DNA from: Octopus sinensis
Taxonomy: Eukaryota
NCBI RefSeq assembly: GCF_006345805.1
Contig: NW_021836947.1
Location: 1-22,081 of the forward strand
Length of the DNA stretch: 22,081 nucleotides
Direction of reading: 5' to 3'
Shown: positions 9,837 to 21,409 of the stretch, piece after piece
Numbering within the stretch: position 1 is the first letter of the stretch
Layout: each line of letters starts with the position of its first letter
The notes under the pieces: generated by a model
Told to the model about the DNA's origin: nothing
Seen by the model: the letters and a program-made list of their open reading frames with translations, nothing else
The model's database searches: none
Translations under genes and position numbers: made by a program

Positions 9837-12800
9837 TCATAGGATCATGCTCAAGGTGGCTTCGTCATTCATACGTGCCATTCTTGCTACATTCACACCA
9901 TCTTTTTTTAAAACGTTCGCTAGACAAAACTTGCCTCTCTACTCTCACTTTCCTTTTCAAGTGGTACTTGAAGAAGTTGATGAGAGATTGACCAGAGAGG
10001 AAAGTGTTTGTCTCCAATCCTTTCAGACGCGTCCACCAGATACATTCTTTCGCCATAGCCACAAGGATGATGAAAATAGCTCTTCCTTCCCGTTTGAAGG
10101 AGGGAGGCGTGACAATATTACGATAGACTCAGCTGATAAACCGACTCGTCCCACACGTGACAGCAGTTGTTCGACACAAGCCCACAGGTCGGAAATTGTT
10201 GGACACTGCACGAGTGCGTGCAGAACGGTTTCGTCGCTCTGACCGCATCTCGGGCAGGTCGGCCCCGTGTTTCTCGAGCCGTGTCTGTAGAGCTTATCCC
10301 GAACGGGTAGCGCTTCTCGGTAGCACTGCCAGGCCAGGGATCTCTGGAAGTTGTCCATGGGCCCTGGCCCGAAAGTCGTCCTGAACAGGCGGGTCAGGTA
10401 CTCCTCGTCGACGTCCAGGTTCGCCCCGAGCTCGTCGTCGTACCTCCCCTCCACTAAACCCCTATAGAATGCTTTGGTTGTGTTGAAGTCACTCAAGGTC
10501 GACCCAGGACGGCAGAGTTGCTTGAGAGCAACGCGACACTCGCGGTGCCATTCGCCCTTCTTCGGCCTCTTTTTGATCCACGACTGCAGTTCGGTCATGG
10601 AGACGAGCTGCGGGAAAGCGTGCCTCACAAACGGCGACCACACCTGTTCACCGTCGTCTACATAGAGCCAGAGATGTCGCAGTCTCAGCGCGTGTCTGCG
10701 CATCATCAACCACGGCATGCCCAGCCCTCCTTTTAACGGGTGTTGACAGCAAATGGATCGCCTGACCATCGGGACGCATCCTTTCCACAAGAAGCGAAAG
10801 AGAATGCGTTGTAGTTTGGTGATGGTAGGGTCGGGACAAGGTACGACGGTCAGGCGGTAGTAGATGACGGACGCGATGTACGTGTTCGCCACCTCCGCCC
10901 GACCTTTTAGGGACAGTTTCCTCTCGGCCCATTGCCGGGCGAGAGTGACCACCCTACTCGTTATCTCGTTCCAGTTCTTCTCCACTTGGAGGTCCGGACC
11001 AAACCAGACCCCGAGCAACTCAACCGGGCCGTCGGTCCAGCGTCCCACGACGGAGGCGCTGGTGGACGGCATGGGCTTGCTTCTCCAGGTGCCTAGTCGC
11101 AAGCCCACTGACTTTTCCCGGTTGATTTTCGCTCCTGTCACCGCTTCGTAGTTTTTCAGTGTCTCGCCGACCTGCTCGATGTGCTCGTGGCTAGACACTA
11201 TGACGGTGACGTCGTCCGCGTATGCAGACACGCTCGTCCCGCATCCCAGTTCTCGCGGGATGCCTCTCAGGTTGCCAGCTTCCGCAATAATGGCTCGAGA
11301 GTCAATACGTATAGAAGCGACGAGAGGGGATCCCTGACGGACCGAACGTGCGATGTCGAAGGGTCTCGATAGATGTCCATTCACGCGAATTACCGAACGG
11401 ATGCCTCTGTACAAAGCGGCTATCCAGCCGCGGAAGACGGGACCGAAGCCAGCCGCTCCAAGGACCGCCTCCAAGTATCGATGGTCCACCCTATCGAAAG
11501 CTTTCGATTGATCCAAATTGATCAGCGCCCCACCCATGCCAGGTTCGTTAACTACCCTGTCTATGATGTAGCGCATCAGGTGGAGGTTGTCATGGATGGT
11601 CCGGCCTGGCACGGCGCATGTTTGCGCCCTGTCGACCAGTTTCTCGATGACAAGCGCCAACCTCTTGGCTAGCACCTTGGCCAAAATTTTCAAGTCTGCA
11701 TTAAGCAGAGTGATGGGCCTAAAGTTATCTATTACATTTCCCTTGTTTAGATCTTTCTTCAGCAGTGTTACGGCTCCTCGGCTCACAAAACCAGGAATGC
11801 TCCCGTTTTGCTGCCAGTTGCAGTACACCGCCACCAAGAGATCTCCAAACAAGTCTGGCATACAATTGTAAAGCTCGTAGGGTAGACCATCCAAACCCGG
11901 TGATTTGTCCCCCGAGCATTCTGCCATCGCTTCCTGCACTTCCGCCGCCGTGATGGCACCTTCGCAGCACCCTGCCTTTCTTGTCGAGAGTCGTGGCAGG
12001 CTATGTAGGTAGGCACTGAAGTCCACCCTACGTTCTTGCCCTCCACTCGTTCCGAACAGTCGGGCAAAATGCTGCTGAAAGGCCTCACACATTTTACTTG
12101 GCTCGAGCAATTCGCGCCCCTGTTCATCTACCAGGGACCGAATGGTGGCTTTGTTGCCCTGTTGCGCCTCTGCCACCCGGGCCTCTCTCGCGGCTCCAAC
12201 ACCTTCGTTCCTTAGAGCACGCATCCTAGCTCTGACAGCACATCCTTCGTGTTTGGCGTTGAAGTGTTGGTCGAGGGCCAACCTCGCCGCCAAAACGTCG
12301 GATGCGATGCCGCTTCTAATTGCCTCTTCTAGCTTCTTAACTAGCTCACCCTCTACTCTATTTCTATCTATGGCTAGTGCTTTGCTGTACCTAATCGCTT
12401 CTGCTTTTACTGCTCTCTTGAGGGCAAACCACCATTTGTTGTTGATGATGGCTCCCGTCAAAGCCCTCTTTACTAGTGTGCTAATCCGGTCTCTGAAAAC
12501 CTGTCTCGATGGGAAAGACGCGTTTAGTTTCCAGTATCCGGGACCCTGCCTAAGTGTCTTACCTAAGTCTAGTGTACATGTCACAAGTTTGTGATCCGTG
12601 TAGCTGACTATGTGGAATTGTGGACATCCTATGTTATCTCTGTCTACTGTCCTACACAGTATCCTATCTAGATACGATCTCGACGACCCGATGCGGTTGC
12701 TCCATGTCCACGTTGGCGCATTCGGGTGGTCTAGTCGGAACCTGTCAGACAGTTGAAAGTGTCTGAGCAGGTCTCTGAGGCATTTGCATCCCCGTCTATT

Positions 12801-13269
12801 CCTATCTCTACCCACGTAGTCTACATGCGTGTCCAAGGTAGCATTCCAATCCCCCACTAAGAGTAAAGACGAGACGTTCCCAAGAATACTTCTAGACGTT
12901 GAAAGAAATCCGCCCGGCCTGTTAAGGGCGGTGCGTAAGACTGATACGAGTCGAAAAGCGCACCCATTGCTGCCGTCGACATCCAGGACGACCAGTCTAC
13001 CCTCCGGGTCTACGAATATTGTCCTTACTTTGAGATCCAGACTCTTGTGAAAAAGTACCGCGGTGCCACTACCGCCCATTCTGGCAGACAGGGGGAAAAA
13101 TAAATGTTGAACTGTCCGCCAAACATGGTCTTTAGGGCCCGCGGATTGTGGAGTCTGGTCTCACTTATGGCTATGATTTCTAACTTATGTGACTTTATGT
13201 CATTTAAGAGGTACCTTGTTTCCAAGGGGACCCCAAGCCACGCGCATTTACACAACCAATCTTGATCAT
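9837..13269 (-). CDS. ORF2: AP endonuclease + reverse transcriptase + C-terminal Zn finger (~1140 aa reconstructed across single-base frameshifts)
   Basis: Motifs seen: MIKIGCVNARGL (ATG 13269), ISETR, VGDWNA, LDRIL, TDHK, GPGYWKLN, KSPGLDGLP, NFRPITLLNADLKILAK, LDQSKAFDRVDH, VRQGSPL, YADD (11211-11222), CPRCG..ETVLHALVQC, and AKECIWWTR in the next frame. The 1018-aa ORF 10023-13079 is only the middle part. Confidence 0.9.
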
Positions 13270-13313
13270 AGTCCTAATGAATTAGAATACAAGTGAAAGG
13301 AACAGAGGGTTAC

Positions 13314-14483
13314 TTACTGCTCGAAAGTTTTTGCTTTCTCCTCCTTTGGTTTGTCCTCGAGGAGATCCCAGTACAGTTTCTTTGTGAGATATTTTTGGCA
13401 TTTACCAACCGCGCTGGGGAAAATGCCTTTGAGTGTGTGGTGCAGACTTTTGGAGATGTGTAATATTTTGATGTGGTCTGGTGGTGTTGTGTATGGGTGA
13501 TTGTTTGTTTTTATGTCATCTTCTGTTATGTTGTTTTTGATTGGATGTATTCCATCAAATTTGTGTGTTTTGGTGTCTATAGCTGTGAGCATGTTTGCTG
13601 TATATATTTTTGTGGTGTTGGTGTGGCTGTTGTTTGCGTTGGGTTTTGAAATGTCTTCGTGAGATGTATTTCCCCCTGCTTTGTTCGTGTTTGCATTTGG
13701 TTTGGTTGTGTTTCTGCTCTTTATTTTCCTTCTTTTTGTAGCTATTTGCCATTCCTCACTGGTTTCGTCTTCCGACGAAATTTCTGAGGAATCAGTAGGG
13801 GGTAGGGGTATGTTGTGGGCTTCTATGTATGTCTGTGTAAGTGGTTGTGTTGTTGTTTTCGTTGTTGTGGTTGTTGAGTGTTTGTGAGTGTTGAGTGCGG
13901 TATAAGGGATGGGGGATCAGTTTGTGTGTGTTTTCTTTGTTTTCTGTTCCTTTGGGTTTTGCTGTTGTTGGTGGTGTTGGTATTTTTTTCAGGTGTTGAG
14001 TGGTTTTTGGTTGATGATGGATTAGCTTGGTGTGCTTCTCTTGTCGTCTTCTGTGTTGATGTGGTGTGGGTAGTAGAGCTTTTTTTCCGGAGTGCTTTGG
14101 TTGTGGTAGTGGTTGTTGTTGTTGCTCTTGGTGTGCAGTGGTTGGGCACGTCTTTTTCAAGTGTGTTTCGCTCCACACAAATAGCAGCGTGGTCGCCTGC
14201 CCTCTACCACTATATAGAGTTTGTAGCCTCCTGGCAGTTCTATAGCGGTGGGTATCTTCTCTCTTTCTGCTGCTTCATCCAATTGAAGCAGGAATTCGAT
14301 TGATTTGCCCACGTAGTCTTTCTCTCCTAGAACCGCGATTTCCAGGATGTTTGTCTCTGACATTGTCTCTGTCATTTCAAAGCAGATGGCAGAGACCAAC
14401 CATTGTGTTTCGACATCAAATGGTATGTTTTTTATTTGGACTTTCGTGACCCTTTTGTTTAAATAGACTGGTATCATTACCAA
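13314..14483 (-). pseudogene. ORF1 (gag-like nucleic-acid-binding protein), frameshifted, N-terminus missing
   Basis: GRRPRCYLCGAK|HLKKTC becomes CX2CX4HX4C if one base is restored at ~14165. It continues through a low-complexity T/N/Q/P tract, SEEWQIATKRRK and the 13314-13592 ORF to TAA. Confidence 0.75.
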
Positions 14484-14493
14484 GTCGTCCGAA

Positions 14494-14759
<266 letters not shown>

Positions 14760-14874
14760 GTGTGTGTGTGTGTATGTATACACACCCTAACCAATAAGTC
14801 ATGCAAAGGGGAAAAATCTTGCTCATCGCGATTTTCAGTACGAATACGGACTTCGAAAGCGTAGCCATCGATCC

Positions 14875-15070
14875 TTTCCGAGATTGTGGTTTCGATTCCC
14901 ACCCCGGGCGTTGCGTTGTGTTCTTGAGCAAAACACTTCATTTCACGTTGGTGTACGAGCATTTCGTCATCTGACATGTGGCACGTCGTGCACCTGTAAT
15001 GATGATGTCTATATGATGGAAGTGGTGAGGTTATGTAAACACAAACATTTGATCACTATAAGCAAAAAAC
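14875..15070 (+). mobile_element. Third tRNA-derived SINE family (fragment)
   Basis: B-box GGTTTCGATTCCC (14888-14900) followed by GTGTTCTTGAGCAAAACACTTCATTTCAC, a typical SINE core-like motif. Boundaries are approximate. Confidence 0.55.
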
Positions 15071-15106
15071 ATTTACGTCGTCTAACAACGGGCGAGTCCA
15101 TTATTA

Positions 15107-15149
<43 letters not shown>

Positions 15150-15672
15150 TGTGTGTGTGTGTGTATTTAGGCTTGCAAGATTCTTGATGTGAATTCGTGA
15201 CATGAAACAAAACGGCATTAAAGAGATCACGGGTGACAATGCACACACACTCACAAACTCACGTACTGGCAGGCATGCGAGTGTACACGCACAATCACAT
15301 CACACACATGCACACACATATACTTTTCGTTTACTCTCCCACTTCCCTTTTCCTGTAAGCGCCACAGATCTACATACAAACACGTTTAAGACTAATTTTT
15401 ACACAAATTTAAGGCTGACCTTGAAGAGAAAAAGCACGTCATTGAAGAAGTTATGCTTAACGACTAAAAGGGCTTCAACAAATAAACAGATTGATTGCTT
15501 AACCAACACTTTAAATAAACGATAGACTAGTTAGCTGGTTTCATATTTAACCGATTGTCAAACAGTAAAGAAGTGATATTGAACAGTACGTGTGTTTACT
15601 ATTATTAGCGTAATGACCCTCACAAGACACAACAATGCGTGTGTGTGTATGTTTGTGTTTCTACGTGTGTGA

Positions 15673-15726
<54 letters not shown>

Positions 15727-15815
15727 GTGTGTGTGTGTGTGTGTGTGGGTTGTGTGTGTGTGTGTAATGTAACCACACATGGACGGCTGGCGATTTTCAT
15801 TGTTTCCCTTTCTAC

Positions 15816-15848
15816 TTTCCGACGAAAAGCCATGCCCGAAACGTTAAA
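15816..15848 (+). ncRNA. Degenerate minimal hammerhead-like motif (Penelope-type)
   Basis: UUU-CCGACGA-AAAGC-cau-GCCC-GAAACGU-U-AAA. It has U4->C and a partly broken stem II. Confidence 0.3.
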
Positions 15849-15970
15849 ACTTTCTCTTTTCCCCGAGCGTCTAACTAATATTATACTTATGCACGTACTC
15901 GAGTTCGTTTTTTTTTTTTTTGCTTTTTCTTTTTCTTCGTTTCTTTTTTTATCACTTCGTTTTTGTTCGG

Positions 15971-15998
15971 ATTTTGAATTGCTTGTTCGTTGAATTGA

Positions 15999-16036
<38 letters not shown>

Positions 16037-16037
16037 C

Positions 16038-16073
<36 letters not shown>

Positions 16074-16275
16074 ATATATATAATATATATCTATATATAT
16101 ATATTATATATATATATTATATATTATATATATATATAGTATAATATATATATATATATTATTATTAATAATATTATAGTATATATATATATATACTATA
16201 TATATATAATATAATATATATATATATATATATATAATATATAGAAGAAGAGAGAGAGAGAGAGAGAGAAAGAGA
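15971..16275. repeat. Imperfect (TA)n array followed by (AG)n
   Basis: Read directly. Confidence 0.95.
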
Positions 16276-16404
16276 GAGGAGAACAAATGTCACTACATTA
16301 AAACTCCAGGAAAACATCCTTTCCCGCTGGTTAACGACTCTAGTTAACATATATATTATATATATATATATATATATGTGAATGTATATAAATATATTTA
16401 CGTG

Positions 16405-16471
<67 letters not shown>

Positions 16472-16874
16472 ATATGTATATTCATATACATACAAATATA
16501 TATGCATTCACACACGCACATGTGAGCGGATATTTATTTGCATATACGTTAACGCACGCGCTCATATAGAAATATATAGATCAACCCACAAATACCCTTA
16601 TTACTGAAGGTAGTGAATGCCGCAAGAGCATTGTTCCAATATTCTAATGCATAGTAAATACGTGTAAAATCGCTGATTGACGTCTCGAACTTGAAAAATA
16701 TTTCAGTTTTACTTCACCGAAATACCTTACGGGGAAATGCGTATGAAAATCGATATACATAAAGAAGGAAATAAAAGAATTGGGCGGTGTTTTATGTTTT
16801 ACGAATTTATTGATTTGCAACGGCATATACGAAAAGTGTATTCATTGTTTTTAGTTTGCAATATTATGAAGGGG

Positions 16875-16966
16875 AGTTTCTTTCGATTTTTCTTTACTTC
16901 TTTGTCTTTGTACATGACCCTATAGCAGCAGAGTGCATTTTCAACATGTCTTCTTGACTTGCATTG

Positions 16967-17016
<50 letters not shown>

Positions 17017-17342
17017 TCTCTCTCTCTCTTCTCTCTCTCTCTCTCTCTCTCTCTTCGTATCTATCTATCTGTTTCAGATCTGCCTCCTTTCGTTCTTCAA
17101 AATTTCTAATAATAGCATCTACTTCTTTAATTAAGATTGTTTTTCGTTTGCATCTCAGCTTGATCTTGGCCTTCATCCTCATCACTTCGTTCTAAATTTA
17201 AAATTTGTTCGGCATTCAGCTCCATATCATTCAAGTAAAGCATTTTCTTTGCCATTATCATCGTTTATTCAAGATATTCCCACGTGTAAAACATGTTGTG
17301 CGATTTCTGTTACAGCCCCTGTAACTTCGGCGTCGAAAGCAC
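16875..17342 (-). pseudogene. Tigger/pogo-like transposase C-terminal remnant with an (AG)n expansion
   Basis: DMELNAEQILNLERSDEDE, KTILIKEVDAIIRNFEE and RHVENALCCYRVMYKDKEVKK resemble the acidic Tigger/TIGD C-terminus. No catalytic motif or TIR was seen. Confidence 0.4.
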
Positions 17343-17375
17343 CAAAAATAATTGGTGTGTTATTTTTTCATCCAC

Positions 17376-17543
17376 TTTCTTTTGCTTGTTTCAGTCATTG
17401 GACTGCGCCCATGCTAGAGCTACTCTTTGAAGGGTTTCGTCGACCGAATCAACCCTAGTATTTATTTTAAGCCTGGGTATTATTTTATCATTCAAGCGGT
17501 GGTGGGGAACAAACACACACACACACACACGCACGCACGCATG

Positions 17544-17632
<89 letters not shown>

Positions 17633-17726
17633 AAGCCTCTTTCTGTTTTCACTACAAATCCACTTGATTGGCTCGAGGTTATAGTGGAAGAGACTGGGCC
17701 CAACGTACCACACAGTGGGACTGAAC
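17376..17726 (-). mobile_element. SINE family A, old and internally deleted
   Basis: Tail 17376-17480, (CA)/(TA) tract and degenerate head 17630-17726. Confidence 0.75.
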
Positions 17727-17807
17727 AGCATTCATATTGGTGGGTATTATTTATGCCATGTATATCTATGTGTACTGTGGTGTGTGGTGTGTGTGGGTGT
17801 GTGTGTG

Positions 17808-17838
<31 letters not shown>

Positions 17839-17849
17839 CATATATGTAT

Positions 17850-18372
17850 TACGAGGGTGAGTCAAAAAGTAATGTCATTTTGTTTAGGACAGGTATAATT
17901 ACCAACACAGAAACATGTATCATATATCAAAATGAAGCTTATCCTCTGTGGATCATCCCTATTTCTCAACATAGTCACCGTTTCTCTCAATAACAATGTT
18001 CTACCCTCCAATGAGAGCATGTATCCCTGCCCTGTAAAATTCTGTTGACTGTTCTTTGAACCACTTCTTCACTACAGTTTTCACTTCTTCATCACTGGAC
18101 AATCATCGTCACTGGACTATCATCTTTTCAGCCCCATGAAAGAGAGTTTGAGAGGCAAACATTATTCCAGTGACGAGGAATTTTACGGGTGAGAGATACA
18201 TGCTCTCATTCCAAGGTGGAACATTGCTATTGAGAGAAACGGTAATTATGTTGAGAAATAGGGATGTGATACACAGAGGACCAGCTTCTTTTTAATATAT
18301 GATGCGTGTTCCTGCGTTGGTAATTATACCTGTCCTAAACAAAATGACATTACTTTTTGACTCACACTCGTA
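17850..18372. mobile_element. Mariner-derived MITE made of two inverted 3' ends, TA TSD
   Basis: TA-CGAGGGTGAGTCAAAAAG...CTTTTTGACTCACACTCG-TA, with one mismatch in the outer ~57 bp. Both arms encode the transposase C-terminus (LIPRWNIAIERNGNYVEK*); DYHLFSPMKESLRGKHYSSDEE lies in the centre. Confidence 0.9.
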
Positions 18373-18408
18373 CAAACATATACGCACACGCGCGCGCACG
18401 CACACACA

Positions 18409-21028
18409 GTACCAGGCTTAAAAATGTAAGAACAGAAGTCGCCTATTTTTAACTAAACTCTTCGAGATAGTTCTCCAACATGACTGCAGTTGGAGTAAAT
18501 CATAAAAGATCAAAGATAATATATTCGTAGTAGTGTTCTCATTTGCACTTAGCTAATGCTTCGTTGTTGGAGACAATGGAATAGGACAGATAAGTGTTGA
18601 TTCAGTGATAAGTGTAGTTGTTGAACTCATGGGAGTGGGTCTGTGAGTCAGTCAAACAATACATATTCTGGTTGAAGCAAATGACATCACAATTACGAGA
18701 ATTAGAACACTGGCTCGAATATGTCAATATATAACAAGGATTTCAAATTTTGGTACAAAGCCAGCAATTGGTTTGCCATTTCGGACGCAGGCCTTTTTCG
18801 GAGAGAAAAAAATTAGAGGCTACTACCAGTGTCGTAGGGAAACGAATGAAAAAATAAAGAGGTGAAAACAATTACTCTTTCACTTCTTTATGGAGCGGTA
18901 GGTATCGGAAGATGGGAGAGAACAGTTTAGGTTGTGTGGGAGGTGATATGAGTAGTGTGAAAGAGGATGAAGATGAGTGGAAATAAAGTGAAAGAGAAAG
19001 GTAGTAAAAATTTGGATCAAAAGAAAGTCGGATAGAAGAGAAGTGGTAAAAGCTAAGTTAAAAGAAGTCAGAGAGAACATTGCGATCGACAAAACAACAA
19101 ATATTCAATTTTAAAACTAAAGCTTACATACTAGGTCGGAGAAGAGAGCAAGAAAGATATAATGAGAAAACTAAATAGCGCAATTTTAGGAAGGCTTGCA
19201 ATTTCAAAAAAATTGTGTAGTGGTCTGAGATGAAGCGTAGGTTGTTGGAGAAGGTTGGAATAATGAAAATAGGACAGTGAAAATGTGCAACTACAAAAAC
19301 TACGAGTGGCAAACTATTATGTACAAAGTGTACAGTAGATGTGTGTGTGTGTGCATGTGTGTGTATGTATATATACATACACACACACACACGCACACAC
19401 ATATATATATTTGCTGTTCAACGGTTTTCTCATGGGCATGATGAGGCAAGATACCATTTTAACCCCAAGCCAGTATGATTCACTGACGAGAACTAAAATT
19501 AATTCATAGTTCGAAATCACGTGATATGGATAAATCACTTGCCTCATTTGTGACTTTGTCTCAGATGGATAAGTGTTACACTTTGACGATTTCTTTGACA
19601 TTATTTGAAGCGCTCAAAAAGTTCTCAGGAAACCTGTCTTCAAAAGTTACCCGTTTCGCCCAAAATATAGTGTGCCAAAGGGTCTACAAGCTATGCAGTA
19701 AATTAGGCATGGTTAAATGCAGTCAAAGTGGTGGATCACGTTGAATATAGACTCTGGCCAACTAGAGTAATTGTACGGGAGATGAAAGGTCGAGGTCGAG
19801 GCAACAAGGTCGAAACACTTGAAAATGCCGGAGTGTGTGTACCTGAGACGAAAGACCTACTGACGAAAAAGTCGGCTAGATTGTTATCCTTTTCTGAAGG
19901 ATAGGTGTTGTGGTTCGCGAGATTGGATAGCAGAAAATGAAAGTTAGGAAGGAGGCTGCGCTGAATTGGCTGGCTTCGGTTGGAAAGATGAGTGACATCA
20001 GTATAGCTGATGGATTAGACTCCTTAAAGGAGTCAACATGCTGGACAAAGATGCTACATTTGCTTCGATTTTACAAATAAAACCGTGTCATTGCTGTAGA
20101 GGTGGAGGAAACAGGTACTATAGGAAGAGGTTGATAAATTTTGTATGAGTGAGGTATGAGGAAGAAAACTCGAAGAAAGTCAACTAGCATCAGTTAGCCA
20201 ATATTCAAATAAAGATTTTGTTACCTAAGCTCTCCAATTAACCAGTAGGGGATGCTTGCTTAGTTCTTTAAGAATATGTTTAATCCATAGATAAATATGG
20301 GTTTTAATTTTTAATCACTCGCTTCATTTTCACCATCTTAGGTGATCATTAAGTAAATGTGATCTGGAATTTTGAGATAAAGAGTTGTTATCATTATTAT
20401 ATACTGATATAGTTGAGCCAGTGACCTAATTCTGAGCAAATGTCATTTGCTCAGAATATGTATTGCTTGACTAAGGCAGTGAGCTGACAGAATTGGTAGC
20501 AAGCCGGGCAAAATACTTTGCGCCATTTCGTCCGTTTTTACGTTCTGAATTTAAATAACACCAGGGTCGACTTTGACTTTCATCCTTTCGGAGTCGATAA
20601 AATAAATAACAATTAGGCATTGGAGTCGATGAAATCGACTAGCCCCATCCTCCAAAATTGCTGGCTTTGTACCAAAATTTGAAACCATTATTATATATTG
20701 ATACATTCGGTCTCAGTGTCCTAATTCTCCTAATTATGATGTCATTTGCTCTTCCACTTCAACTAGAATATGTATTGTTTGACTGACTCACAGACCCACT
20801 CCCATGAGTTCAACAACTACACTTATCACTGAATCAACACTTATCTGTCCTATTCCATTGTCTCCAACAACGAAGCATTAGCTAAGTGCAAATGAGAACA
20901 CTACTACGAATATATTATCTTTGATCTTTTATGATTTACTCCAACTGCGGTCATGTTGCAGAACCACCTCGAAGAGTTTAGTTAAAAATAGGCGACTTCT
21001 GTTCTCACATTTTCAAGCCTGGTATTTA
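18409..21028. repeat. Inverted duplication: arms ~18409-18769 and ~20655-21028
   Basis: 18486-18669 is the exact reverse complement of 20765-20948 (184 bp, checked base by base). The flanks are ~85-92% identical. Confidence 0.95.
20475..20692 (+). mobile_element. SINE family B, diverged monomer
   Basis: GGCAGTGAGCTGACAGAA...GTCGACTTTGACTTTCATCCTTTCGGAGTCGATAAAAT, colinear with 3528-3700. Confidence 0.8.
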
Positions 21029-21115
21029 TTCTGTCGGTCTTTTTGCCGAACCTTTCAGGGAGGTATACAAACTGACATCGGTTGTCAAACAGTGGTAGGT
21101 AACAAACATAACACA
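20940..21115 (-). mobile_element. SINE family A body/tail remnant (partly copied into 18409-18500)
   Basis: CCTGGTATTTATTCTGTCGGTCTTTTTGCCGAACC...CATCGGTTGTCAA matches the family A body in reverse. Confidence 0.65.
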
Positions 21116-21209
21116 AGAACAATGGCACGTACACATAGATATATACATACACACTCACACACACACACCTAAACACACACACATTGTATATGTATATATA
21201 TACATACAA

Positions 21210-21264
<55 letters not shown>

Positions 21265-21409
21265 AAATGGAAAGATGAATTTTCTTGTTACAGATTATTC
21301 AAAAGTTTAACCGGTACCTGGGTAGCAAAAATCACAGCAGAAAAATACGGTTGGAGATAAGACCATTTGGTGTTGCAACTGTGCGTTGGTGCGGATAATT
21401 GAAGTTTAA

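Larger units (their letters stand above)
9462..14493 (-). mobile_element. Tx1/L1-clade non-LTR retrotransposon, near full-length, 5'-truncated in ORF1
   Basis: Layout is ORF1 (CCHC knuckle), 44-bp spacer, ORF2 (APE-RT-CCHC) and a ~375-bp 3'UTR ending AATAAA-GAAACAT, with no poly(A) at the junction. Confidence 0.9.

Noticed and set aside
10157-12594. Plus-strand ORFs overlapping ORF2
   Set aside because: These are antisense shadows of a GC-rich coding strand with no independent motifs.
16288-16350. Short unique island between microsatellites as a possible host exon
   Set aside because: No convincing splice-site pair or recognisable peptide.
19604-19620. TTTGAAGCGCTCAAA shared with ~1706-1720
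   Set aside because: A single 15-mer with no flanking similarity; plausibly chance.
18850-20250. Old LINE (CR1/L2-like) endonuclease remnants on the minus strand (ISDHYTIF at 19220-19228; LADFFVS near 19870)
   Set aside because: Only isolated short motifs; a translated HMM search is needed to support this.
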